IMG/VR virus record: IMGVR_UViG_3300020043_001951
Coordinates: 1 to 30,861 of that record
Strand: one strand, 5' to 3'
From: a virus
Taxonomy: Duplodnaviria; Caudoviricetes
DNA: 30,861 nucleotides
The first letter of the stretch is position 1, and the number at the start of each line of letters is the position of its first letter. Positions 1 to 7,622 of the stretch are shown one piece after another. The notes under the pieces were generated by a model, which worked only from the letters and a program-made list of their open reading frames with translations, did no database searches and had not been told where the DNA came from. The translations under genes were made by a program, and so were the position numbers.

Positions 1-121
1 GATGATCAAATCGGGTTGGAATCAAAACCTGAAGCGTATGTTGCAAACATGGTTGAAGTGTTTCGGGAGGTGCGCCGCATTCTGAAAAATGATGGTGTTC
101 TGTGGCTCAATTTGGGTGATT
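1..121. repeat. Exact 121-bp inverted copy of 5193..5313 (internal part of the second MTase); probable chimeric junction at contig end
   Basis: Reverse complement of 1..121 (aatcacccaaattgagcc...cgatttgatcatc) matches 5193..5313 base for base. Confidence 0.95.
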
Positions 122-455
122 TGTCTATTGCTTTGGACACATCCAACGATTTCGGAAACCCTGAGCCATAAACCCACATAATTTGATCACGGATTTCAAA
201 CCCTGCATCTTCAATCGCGACAACCATGCGGTGATATGTGCGTGAACCAGAAAACGCCAACATATGTCCACCATGTTTCAACACACGCAAACATTCACGC
301 CACAGTTCAGTGTTGTAGGCGATACCTGACGCATCCCAACTCTTGCCCATAAAACCAAGTTCATACGGCGGATCAGTAACGATTGCATCAACACTGCAAT
401 CAGGCAGCGTTGGTAGCAGTTCAAGGTTGTTGCCTTCTAAAAGTGTGTAGGTCAT
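122..455 (-). pseudogene. Site-specific DNA methyltransferase (beta class, DPPY), N-terminal part only; truncated at 121/122
   Basis: SVDAIVTDPPY, ECLRVLKHGG, GFEIRDQIMWVYGSGFPKS; after AIDK the frame runs into the inverted duplicate; no SAM-binding motif in window. Confidence 0.85.
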
Positions 456-486
456 GTGTGTTCCTTTCGTTGTGTAGATTTGTTGC

Positions 487-631
487 GCACTGCTTTTCCT
501 CCTGCAGTGCAGGGATTGGCTGCACTAGTCAGGTTCTTCCTCCTTTCTACCTGACTGGTGCGCCATCCCGATTTGCCAGAGGTGGGACTATTCCTCTGGC
601 TGCGTGATCACTGTGGGCGCAATGATCACGC
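487..631. ncRNA. Candidate structured RNA: four adjacent hairpins, two with UCCUCCU loops
   Basis: Stems 487-493/504-510, 512-534/549-569 (bulged), 575-582/593-600, 602-610/623-631. Confidence 0.5.
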
Positions 632-1111
632 GTCTTTGAATCCCCATGCTTTCCAGCGTGATCCTTGAAACAGTTTGAGTGCGAAGCGCAGATTGTTTGA
701 AGGTTCGCTGATTGCGTCAGGGAACGGTTGTTGAAAGATTTGTTCCACGAATGCTTGATGCACTTTTTTGTTGATTTGCATCAGTCCCCAATCGGCGTGG
801 TTCCATTGTGGGTGTGCCTGCTGTGTTGATGTTTCACCAATCACATTTTCGCATCTGGATTCACGCCACATGACCCGATCAAGCATTGCTAAATCTTGTT
901 CCTGCCATCCAACCATGCGTGCCAGTCCCCACCATTGAGGACAGTTCGCATCTGCAGGTGCAGAGAACACAGCAAGATCAAGTGTGGTTGTGGTTGTTGT
1001 TTGCACAATGCTGGTGATTGGTGCAGGTGCATCGGCTTCTGGTGCTGATGCTTCAGCGATCACTGCGGTGCTGATTGTTGCGCTGGCGATGATTGCCAGC
1101 AGGAACTTCAC
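626..1111 (-). CDS. Secreted lysozyme-like/SLT-family transglycosylase
   Basis: N-terminal signal peptide, Thr-rich linker, VMWRESRC (catalytic Glu), GLMQIN, NLRFA..W..W. Confidence 0.75.
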   Translation of the reverse strand: MKFLLAIIASATISTAVIAEASAPEADAPAPITSIVQTTTTTTLDLAVFSAPADANCPQWWGLARMVGWQEQDLAMLDRVMWRESRCENVIGETSTQQAHPQWNHADWGLMQINKKVHQAFVEQIFQQPFPDAISEPSNNLRFALKLFQGSRWKAWGFKDA

Positions 1112-1338
1112 TTAGCGTTCCTTTGGTCGGTGGATAGGTATGCGACAGGGATCAGAAGTGATCCTTGTGGCAGTTCAAACAGTGTTTCTAGTTTCACTAG
1201 GTTTCGCATGTCTGGTGTCTGCTTTCCTGCTTCCCAACTGCTTACGCATGGTTGAGTCACATTCAGTTCATCGGCAAGATCAAGTTGTGACAATCCTAGC
1301 CTGTTGCGGTTGTCTTTGATTTGTTCATTCCAGTTCAT
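1108..1338 (-). CDS. XRE/Cro-family HTH transcription regulator
   Basis: LGLSQLDLADELNVTQPCVSSWEAGKQTP. Confidence 0.9.
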   Translation of the reverse strand: MNWNEQIKDNRNRLGLSQLDLADELNVTQPCVSSWEAGKQTPDMRNLVKLETLFELPQGSLLIPVAYLSTDQRNAK

Positions 1339-1529
1339 TGTGTTTTCCTTTCGTTCAATGCTTCAAGTTTTGTTTCCAACAAGATGATGCGCACACAAAG
1401 ATCAAAGAACATTCTGTGTGTTGGAATCATCGCTGCTTCAAATGGGACATCATCAATCGTTCCGTAATCGTTGAACAGTTGATCCATGTAGTTGATTACT
1501 TCTTCAACAGTGTTCGGTGCTTGTGTCAT
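1335..1529 (-). CDS. Hypothetical protein
   Basis: ATGA-coupled on both sides; start taken as MTQAP. Confidence 0.6.
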   Translation of the reverse strand: MTQAPNTVEEVINYMDQLFNDYGTIDDVPFEAAMIPTHRMFFDLCVRIILLETKLEALNERKTQ

Positions 1530-1855
1530 TGCGCTGTCCAATACTTGTGTTGCCAGATTGACAACGGATGAAAACCAAGTTTTGTTGCGACACGATCAGC
1601 GACAGTGAGTGACATTCCTTCGTTTCGGTATCTGCGCACTGATTGTCTGTTGATTCCGATCACTTCCGCAATGTGGTCATCTGATGCTTCATCTTCAAAC
1701 AGGTTTTCTATTTCTGTGAACGATAAGCGCAGATGTTTTGTTTGTTTGCGTTGCTGTTGGTTCATGCGGATGCGTTCGTTGTGGCTGGCTTTGCAAGGAT
1801 CACATTTGCAGCCACGCCGATATCCTGATTCTGTTCCGTGTGGGATTGGTTTCAT
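1526..1855 (-). CDS. Putative DNA-binding protein (HGT..Y..GCxCxxC Cys motif plus HTH)
   Basis: HGTESGYRRGCKCDPC; IAEVIGINRQSVRRY; AGGAGG SD upstream. Confidence 0.7.
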   Translation of the reverse strand: MKPIPHGTESGYRRGCKCDPCKASHNERIRMNQQQRKQTKHLRLSFTEIENLFEDEASDDHIAEVIGINRQSVRRYRNEGMSLTVADRVATKLGFHPLSIWQHKYWTAQ

Positions 1856-1863
1856 TGTTCCTC

Positions 1864-2028
1864 CTAGTAGGTGATTCGTGTGCGCAATGTTGCAATCTCT
1901 GCTTGCAGTTCGCGTAGCACTGTCACTGTTTCTTCTAACTGTGTGCGCATCGCTTCGTTCTGCAACTTCAGCCGATGGTTGTGCAACATGATCACCGCAA
2001 CTTGTCGCATCACATCTTCTTCGCTCAT
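1864..2028 (-). CDS. Small coiled-coil hypothetical protein
   Basis: AAGGA SD, start MSEED coupled to upstream stop. Confidence 0.55.
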   Translation of the reverse strand: MSEEDVMRQVAVIMLHNHRLKLQNEAMRTQLEETVTVLRELQAEIATLRTRITY

Positions 2029-2207
2029 TGTTGTTCCTTTCGTGTTGTGTGACCTAACTGCATCAACGCAGCCATCCCTAGTCCCCAAATGCTAAGCATC
2101 ACTATCTGACCTAGAGTGCGCCAACCTTCGGATGAATCTGGTGCAACCAGAATGATGCACAACGGTTGCAGGACACAGATCAGAATCAACCAGCGTTGGT
2201 TTCTCAT
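2025..2207 (-). CDS. Small membrane protein
   Basis: Two hydrophobic segments; overlapping start/stop with neighbours. Confidence 0.5.
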   Translation of the reverse strand: MRNQRWLILICVLQPLCIILVAPDSSEGWRTLGQIVMLSIWGLGMAALMQLGHTTRKEQQ

Positions 2208-2344
2208 ATCAGCACCCCTGCAATCATCAGTGACAGTCCGATCAGTGCGGAAGCGTTTGGATGTTGGTTGGATTCGTTGGTGGCTGAGAACAGGATTGCT
2301 GCACCAAACAGTTCAATCCACATCAGTGCTATCAGTGACAACAT
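2204..2344 (-). CDS. Small membrane protein
   Basis: AGGAGG SD before MLSLIALMW; two hydrophobic segments. Confidence 0.5.
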   Translation of the reverse strand: MLSLIALMWIELFGAAILFSATNESNQHPNASALIGLSLMIAGVLI

Positions 2345-2495
2345 TTTGATCCTCCTTCTTTCCGAATGCACCATTTGGCATGTTGCGCCTTTCGGTGCGT
2401 CTGCGGTGCAGTTCTTTGCTGGACAGTGTTTGCTGTTCTTGTTTTCTGCGTGCGTTCTTGGCACGAAACCAAGCAACAGATTCTTCAGTGTTCAT
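2313..2495 (-). CDS. Basic hypothetical protein
   Basis: AAGGAG SD before MNTEESVAWF. Confidence 0.5.
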   Translation of the reverse strand: MNTEESVAWFRAKNARRKQEQQTLSSKELHRRRTERRNMPNGAFGKKEDQNVVTDSTDVD

Positions 2496-2628
2496 TTCTT
2501 CTCCTTCATTGGTTGTGGTTCTTTTCTGCCTTTCAGGTTGGCGCGACAATCGCAGCAGGGGGGATGTGTGACACGCACGAACAGTGTCACTGTTGCTTTG
2601 CAGCGTTCACACACCCACACCTGTTTCA

Positions 2629-2874
2629 TCAGTCATTGATCCTTTTGTTGAATGTGATTGTGCCGATGGTGACAACTGTTGGTGCGAACTCTGGATTGTT
2701 TGTGAACCAATCCGCTTTGTGTTCCATCCACATGTCATGCGCGTTGTATTCGTAGCGTGCATCAAACAGTTGTTTGCTTCCGCATGCTTTGCAGTGAAAC
2801 AGAACTGTGTTGCTGCCAATGGTTTCATATCGTGAATCATCTGCACAGTTGATGTGTGGTGCGTGCCTATCCAT
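2629..2874 (-). CDS. Hypothetical protein with CxxC (cassette A, gene 2)
   Basis: AAGGAGG SD before MDRHAP; HCKACGS. Confidence 0.6.
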   Translation of the reverse strand: MDRHAPHINCADDSRYETIGSNTVLFHCKACGSKQLFDARYEYNAHDMWMEHKADWFTNNPEFAPTVVTIGTITFNKRIND

Positions 2875-2888
2875 GTTCTGTTCCTCCT

Positions 2889-3164
2889 TCACTTTGCGAT
2901 CAGTTTGTTGAAGTTGTCTTGGCTGATGAATCCGTTGCCAGCGATCCGCACAAACTTTCCAGTGCGAACACACATGAAGTAATACCCCTCATAAGGGTTG
3001 CCATCTTTATCCTTGCGCCTGTAGGTGACATAGTGCGCACCGCGCTTGCCTTTCAGATGGTATTCACCAAACACAGCAAAATTGGTTTCTCGCTGATCGC
3101 CAGTGCTGACTTCGTAATTTCCAAGTGTTGTTGTGTTCATGGCTTGTTCCTCCTTGTTTGCCAT
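2889..3164 (-). CDS. Hypothetical protein (cassette A, gene 1); alternative SD-led start at 3140
   Basis: ATG 6 nt after TATAAT; in-frame AAGGAGG and second ATG. Confidence 0.7.
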   Translation of the reverse strand: MANKEEQAMNTTTLGNYEVSTGDQRETNFAVFGEYHLKGKRGAHYVTYRRKDKDGNPYEGYYFMCVRTGKFVRIAGNGFISQDNFNKLIAK

Positions 3165-3170
3165 GAGTCA

Positions 3171-3232
3171 ATTATAGGCACAACTAATAATGCCTAGTCA
3201 AGCACCCTCTGAAACCCTTGCAAATAAAGGCT
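3171..3232 (-). promoter_or_regulatory. sigmaA-like promoter TTGACT-N19-TATAAT with upstream CCTT-N7-AAGG box (3216-3230)
   Basis: -35 at 3196-3201, -10 at 3171-3176; TAGGCA-N10-TGCCTA palindrome 3175-3196. Confidence 0.75.
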
Positions 3233-4072
3233 TCGCTGGCGTTCAGTCATGCCAGCCAACTTGCATTGCACCAATTCCGAATCCAATTCCAAACCAATCT
3301 TCCAATCAACCAGCCCATCTTCAAAGCATTTGAAATCAGGATCACGCACCTGCTCAACCTTCTGCGGTTCTGGCTTCGGCATACGCAACCTGAGTGCATC
3401 AAACTGTGTGCGCAGTTTCGCTGGCGAAAGAATGTTGCTGCACCAGAAAGAATCTTGCTGACACCACAGGATCACTGCTTCAACTTCTTCTGCGCTGTGA
3501 CCATCAATGCGCATGATCTTGTCCATGTCTGCAATCCATCTGCTGCTGATGTTCGGTGTTTTGCATCCGTTCGCAATCATTTTCTGTGCTAATAGTTCAC
3601 ACAACTTGTGCGCATCTTCAGATGTCGCACTAATAGTCTCTTCTCTACTCTTCTCTACTCTGGATATCGTTTGGGAATGCTCTACCATTCCCACTTGCGA
3701 TCCCACTTGGGATGAGTGGGATGAACACCATACGCAATCAGGGTTTGCTTTCTTCTTATGCCAACGCAAATGATTCGCATGTTTCGCTTTCTCGCTGGTG
3801 TTCACAGATTGCCATTCCTCAAACTTCGGAATCAACCAGCCACCATCAACAGGACACCACAGTTCCACTGCAACCAACGCTTCCGCCAGATTGGGAAGGT
3901 TCTGCAACCCGAAACCGATGCGCGCCAACAGCACATCAGGAATGAAACCTGTGTTCTGTTTCTTGCACCAGCAGATTGATCGCACAAACAGCAGTTCTGC
4001 TTCCACACCGACACGAATGATTTTGGGATCTTCGGCATAGTCCACACTGATCTTTGCCCATAGTCCTGACAT
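3194..4072 (-). CDS. Phage replication initiator (replisome organizer, lambda O-like C-terminal region)
   Basis: WAKISVDYAEDPKI N-terminus; C-terminal FWCSNILSPAKLRTQFDAL; internal repeats; context beside resolvase/MTase. Confidence 0.7.
   Translation of the reverse strand: MSGLWAKISVDYAEDPKIIRVGVEAELLFVRSICWCKKQNTGFIPDVLLARIGFGLQNLPNLAEALVAVELWCPVDGGWLIPKFEEWQSVNTSEKAKHANHLRWHKKKANPDCVWCSSHSSQVGSQVGMVEHSQTISRVEKSREETISATSEDAHKLCELLAQKMIANGCKTPNISSRWIADMDKIMRIDGHSAEEVEAVILWCQQDSFWCSNILSPAKLRTQFDALRLRMPKPEPQKVEQVRDPDFKCFEDGLVDWKIGLELDSELVQCKLAGMTERQRSLYLQGFQRVLD
3638..3723. repeat. Putative iterons/origin inside the initiator gene
   Basis: CTCTTCTCTA x2.4 (3638-3661); TCCCACTTG(C/G)GA x2 (3689-3712) with inverted AGTGGGA (3715-3721). 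Confidence 0.5.
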
Positions 4073-4094
4073 TGTTCCTCCTCTTTCTGTTTCT

Positions 4095-4523
4095 TTACTC
4101 TAAATGTGCAGCCACGAACGCAGTCACATCACGCAACCTGATGATCACTAAACCATCTTTCATTCCGTCAGGCATTGCCACCATCGCAAATGGTCTGTTG
4201 TCACCTATCGCACGCGCTGCTTCGGATTGTTCTTCAGCGTTTTTGAACCGTGTCCAAATCGGGTTCACTTGCGCACCTGCTTTCACTTCAACACGCAGAT
4301 TGCCTCCCCACACTTCCTCATGGCGTGAGTTCACACCAGCGATCCCCAAAGCCTTGCGTGCCTGTCTCGCTTTGCTGTCTCCTTTGGCGCGGTTGCGTTT
4401 CCCTGTGCAGCGTGGACAGGTACACATTCTGATGTGACCTAATGGTTTCTTTTTGGGTGTACCAAATAGACCACATCCGCACACACAGTCTGCTTTTCTT
4501 GCACCTAGAAGTTCAGTCATCAT
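4095..4523 (-). CDS. Holliday junction resolvase-like PD-(D/E)XK nuclease with N-terminal Cys cluster
   Basis: NRAKGD, RVEVKAG (ExK), LVIIRLRD tail; CVCGCG/CTCPRC. Confidence 0.6.
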   Translation of the reverse strand: MMTELLGARKADCVCGCGLFGTPKKKPLGHIRMCTCPRCTGKRNRAKGDSKARQARKALGIAGVNSRHEEVWGGNLRVEVKAGAQVNPIWTRFKNAEEQSEAARAIGDNRPFAMVAMPDGMKDGLVIIRLRDVTAFVAAHLE

Positions 4524-5433
4524 TCACTACTATCACTTCACAAAACATTGGATGAGTGTTAGTGATTCTATTTCTGGCAATTTGTGCATAGTCAGGGTTC
4601 AGTTCTGTTCCAACGAAGTTGCGCTGATTATTCAAAGCAACCACTGCAACTGTTCCAGAACCAGTGAAAGGATCAAACACCAAATCGTTTGGTTTGCTGG
4701 TCGCAAGAACGCAAGGTTCAACAAGTTTTTCAGGCATTACAGCAAAGTGAGCACCCTTGAATGGCTTCGTATTTATTGACCACACGGAACGCTTGTTTTT
4801 CTTCTCGCCAATGGTCATCTGTTCGTTGTCGTTGCGGAAAGTGTTCGGGTCTTTGTTGCTGAAACGCCTAACTTCATTTGGGTATTTTGTTGGTTCTTTG
4901 ATCGTTTCTGCATCATAAAAATATGTTTGTGATTTGGTGAGCATGAAAACATATTCATGTGATCTTGTGCAACGATCCGTGACCGACTCTGGCATTGGAT
5001 TTGATTTGTGCCAGATGATGTCTTGACGCAACCACCAACCATCAGATTGAAGTGCGAACGCAACACGCCAAGGAATGCCAACTAAATCTTTCGGCTTCAA
5101 ACCTTGACCAGATTTTGTGAACACTCCTTCTCTTTTTGCACCGAATCCTGCGCGCCCATTGTTGGAAGCACGCGAATTGTTGCCAGCATAAGAATCACCC
5201 AAATTGAGCCACAGAACACCATCATTTTTCAGAATGCGGCGCACCTCCCGAAACACTTCAACCATGTTTGCAACATACGCTTCAGGTTTTGATTCCAACC
5301 CGATTTGATCATCGTGTCCATAGTCACGCAAACCCCAATACGGAGGAGAAGTAACCACACATTGAACAGAAGCATCAGCGATGTTCTTTATCTGTTCAAG
5401 AACATTGCCCACATAGATAGTTGCCTGATTCAT
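4513..5433 (-). CDS. DNA methyltransferase, beta class (SPPY; probably N4-cytosine)
   Basis: CVVTSPPYW, LWLNLGDSY, DIIWHK, HFAVMP, DPFTGSGT; start MNQAT with AAGGA SD. Confidence 0.92.
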   Translation of the reverse strand: MNQATIYVGNVLEQIKNIADASVQCVVTSPPYWGLRDYGHDDQIGLESKPEAYVANMVEVFREVRRILKNDGVLWLNLGDSYAGNNSRASNNGRAGFGAKREGVFTKSGQGLKPKDLVGIPWRVAFALQSDGWWLRQDIIWHKSNPMPESVTDRCTRSHEYVFMLTKSQTYFYDAETIKEPTKYPNEVRRFSNKDPNTFRNDNEQMTIGEKKNKRSVWSINTKPFKGAHFAVMPEKLVEPCVLATSKPNDLVFDPFTGSGTVAVVALNNQRNFVGTELNPDYAQIARNRITNTHPMFCEVIVVNDD

Positions 5434-5597
5434 TTTGTTTCCTTTCGTTTTGCATAACCTAATGTGGCATACCCTCCTAAACAATCTGCACCTGCGATCT
5501 GTCGGAAATGTTTGAACCATGCGTTGCGCTGTTCTTGATTCATGTCTTTCCACACAGTGAACTGTTTCCCTATTTCAGGATCGGAACCAATCGCCAT
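5430..5597 (-). CDS. Hypothetical 55-aa protein (not in ORF track)
   Basis: MAIGSDPEIGKQFTVWKDMNQEQRNAWF..., coupled to both neighbours. Confidence 0.55.
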   Translation of the reverse strand: MAIGSDPEIGKQFTVWKDMNQEQRNAWFKHFRQIAGADCLGGYATLGYAKRKETK

Positions 5598-5728
5598 CAG
5601 TCATCCTCTGGTTCATCGTTTTCTTCATGCCACAGCGCATGTTCCGAATCCCATTCACAACTTCTGCAAGGTTCAGTCGCACCACTGCAACGACAGTACC
5701 TGTGCGGATTTTGATCACAACACTTCAT
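5597..5728 (-). CDS. Small Cys-rich hypothetical protein
   Basis: MKCCDQNPHRYCRC...CRSC; TGATG coupling. Confidence 0.45.
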   Translation of the reverse strand: MKCCDQNPHRYCRCSGATEPCRSCEWDSEHALWHEENDEPEDD

Positions 5729-5847
5729 CACCAGATCCTTTCCAACCAGATTGCAAAGAACCAGAACCCGATGCTGAACCCATAAAGCGCAAACAACACC
5801 ACACTGATCCTCCAATAGCCTTCACTATTTTTCAGAATCTTCTTCAT
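5728..5847 (-). CDS. 39-aa membrane peptide (not in ORF track)
   Basis: MKKILKNSEGYWRISVVLFALYGFSIGFWFFAIWLERIW. Confidence 0.4.
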   Translation of the reverse strand: MKKILKNSEGYWRISVVLFALYGFSIGFWFFAIWLERIW

Positions 5848-5923
5848 CTTTCCACCACTGGTATCGCAAAGTAATCCACAAGTTGATCAAACCGATACAC
5901 CATCCGATTGCGTAACGCCACAT
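5825..5923 (-). CDS. 32-aa membrane peptide (not in ORF track)
   Basis: MWRYAIGWCIGLINLWITLRYQWWKDEEDSEK, TGATG-coupled to whiB. Confidence 0.4.
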   Translation of the reverse strand: MWRYAIGWCIGLINLWITLRYQWWKDEEDSEK

Positions 5924-6234
5924 CAGATTGCGTTCCATCTGCGAAGTTTCAAATCCCATCTTTCTGCTGGTGTGAGTCCACCAAACAGACCATGATTTGA
6001 CATATCAAATTGCAGTTCGTTTTCTAAACATTCTTCACGCACTTCACATTTGGCGCAGATTTGTTTTCCTGCTTCATAGTCGTTGCGTTCAGGGAAAAAC
6101 ATTGTGGTTGGTAATCCTTTGCACGCTGCACGATCTACCCATTTCACTGCCATGTTTCCTTGTCTGTAATGATCACAAATGCAGTCAATGCCACCAGCGC
6201 AACGATTGGCAGGAGGATGATTGCTGTTAGACAT
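5923..6234 (-). CDS. whiB: WhiB-family Fe-S transcription factor (start may be 6153)
   Basis: W...AAC...FFP...KQICAKCEVREECL...GLFGGLTPAER. Confidence 0.92.
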   Translation of the reverse strand: MSNSNHPPANRCAGGIDCICDHYRQGNMAVKWVDRAACKGLPTTMFFPERNDYEAGKQICAKCEVREECLENELQFDMSNHGLFGGLTPAERWDLKLRRWNAI

Positions 6235-6253
6235 GCGAGAAGTTTAGTGAACA

Positions 6254-6532
6254 TTACGCTTCACCTTTCTGAATCATTTCTTTGCACATTTCGCAGGGAT
6301 CAACACGCGAACATGGTTCAAAGTTTTCTGTGCCTTTCAGCAACTCAATCTGTGCGCGTAAGTGTTCAATCTCATCAGCGGCACGACCTTCAAGACCATT
6401 CCACTCATCTATGTGGTCTGGTGTCCATCTGGCGATGTCGTCATACATGGCTTGTGCGTTACGCAGTTCATCAACAATGTCTAAAGGTTTTGCGATGTGT
6501 TGCATTAGTCGGGTCACAATGTCATCGCTCAT
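6254..6532 (-). CDS. Hypothetical protein, DDIVxRL...AADEIExLR family
   Basis: GGAG SD before MSDDIVTRL; paralogous motifs with next gene. Confidence 0.65.
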   Translation of the reverse strand: MSDDIVTRLMQHIAKPLDIVDELRNAQAMYDDIARWTPDHIDEWNGLEGRAADEIEHLRAQIELLKGTENFEPCSRVDPCEMCKEMIQKGEA

Positions 6533-6842
6533 TTTTAACTCCGTAATCATTGAACTTATATCTCGCTCGTTCCCACGCCACAACTGCCTGGTGAACATCG
6601 TCGCCATTGGTGACGGGGTATTGACCAAATTCATCCATGCGGAACGCAATGCCAAACAAGTCGGCAACTTTCTTCCATTCCCGTAGGCGTTCAATCTCAT
6701 CCGCTGCTGTTGCAGCAACTGATTTTATGTCCTGCCGATAATCAATCTGCGGATCGTGGAATGCGATTGCAGTCAATCGTTCAACAATGTCATCTTGTGT
6801 TGCGCGTTGCACAGCGTTGCGCATCTCTTCAAAATCAGCCAT
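6522..6842 (-). CDS. Hypothetical protein, DDIVxRL...AADEIExLR family
   Basis: DDIVERL...AADEIERLR; coupled to ssb stop. Confidence 0.65.
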   Translation of the reverse strand: MADFEEMRNAVQRATQDDIVERLTAIAFHDPQIDYRQDIKSVAATAADEIERLREWKKVADLFGIAFRMDEFGQYPVTNGDDVHQAVVAWERARYKFNDYGVKNER

Positions 6843-7156
6843 CACTCTGCAGACCACCTGCACGATTTGCCAGCATCATCAGCAACCACAGTGCGCCACT
6901 TCACTTCAACACCATCTTTGTTCGTGTAGGTGTCCTCATTGATGCGACCAAGCACGATGACCCGATCACCTTTCTGCAGCACTGCTGACAGGTTTTCTGC
7001 TAACTGTCCCCACGCAACAACATTGTGCCAAGTGGTCTGCTTCTCTTCTTTCACAGTGCGTGATGTTGCCAAACCAACTTCCAATTTGGCGTGACCACTG
7101 TTCGTGAATGTCAGTTTCGGTTCGGCAATGTTGCCGATCAGTGTGATGTTATTCAT
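6842..7156 (-). CDS. ssb: Single-stranded DNA-binding protein (short, no acidic tail)
   Basis: NNITLIGN, TTWHNVVAWGQLAEN, KGDRVIVLGR. Confidence 0.92.
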   Translation of the reverse strand: MNNITLIGNIAEPKLTFTNSGHAKLEVGLATSRTVKEEKQTTWHNVVAWGQLAENLSAVLQKGDRVIVLGRINEDTYTNKDGVEVKWRTVVADDAGKSCRWSAE

Positions 7157-7608
7157 TGATTTTCCTTCCAATAGGTTTCCAGTGCTTGCACCAGATCATT
7201 TGTGTTCGCGTTCCTGTTCAGGAATTGTGCGACTGTTTCCGCTAACTGATCCGCATGGTTCAGTCGGCGTGATGTTTTTGTTTGCACAGGCTCAACCCAA
7301 TACTCATCAGGCATCAGCCAGCGCGCATTGTCGGCATGTGTGTACGGATGGCAACGATCCCTGCGTGATTTGAGCATCACAATGTGACCGTGTTTGTGCA
7401 GGATGCTGAGCAACCCTGAAATCTGTCCGTGATGCAGTTCCAGTTTCGTTGCCAGTTCGCGCCATGTGTGATCCTGTTCGCGTAACAGTTCCAACACTTG
7501 CTGCTTCCGCAGGTTGAATGTTCCATCTGTGCTTTCGCGTTGTGCGCGTTCTCTGCTTGTGTCGCGTGGAACATGCGCAAGGTACGCATCCATTTCTATT
7601 TGTTGCAT
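7153..7608 (-). CDS. Putative winged-HTH DNA-binding protein
   Basis: VLELLREQDHTWRELATKLELHHGQISGLLSILHKHG; AGGAGG SD. Confidence 0.6.
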   Translation of the reverse strand: MQQIEMDAYLAHVPRDTSRERAQRESTDGTFNLRKQQVLELLREQDHTWRELATKLELHHGQISGLLSILHKHGHIVMLKSRRDRCHPYTHADNARWLMPDEYWVEPVQTKTSRRLNHADQLAETVAQFLNRNANTNDLVQALETYWKENQ

Positions 7609-7622
7609 CTGATTCCTCCTGA

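Noticed and set aside
1-5313. Methyltransferase shufflon or phase-variable inversion
   Set aside because: MTases are co-oriented so inversion gives no productive fusion; no invertase seen; duplicate lies at the contig edge
5434-5553. Extended start of the SPPY MTase
   Set aside because: Better SD-led ATG at 5433; the upstream region encodes a separate 55-aa ORF
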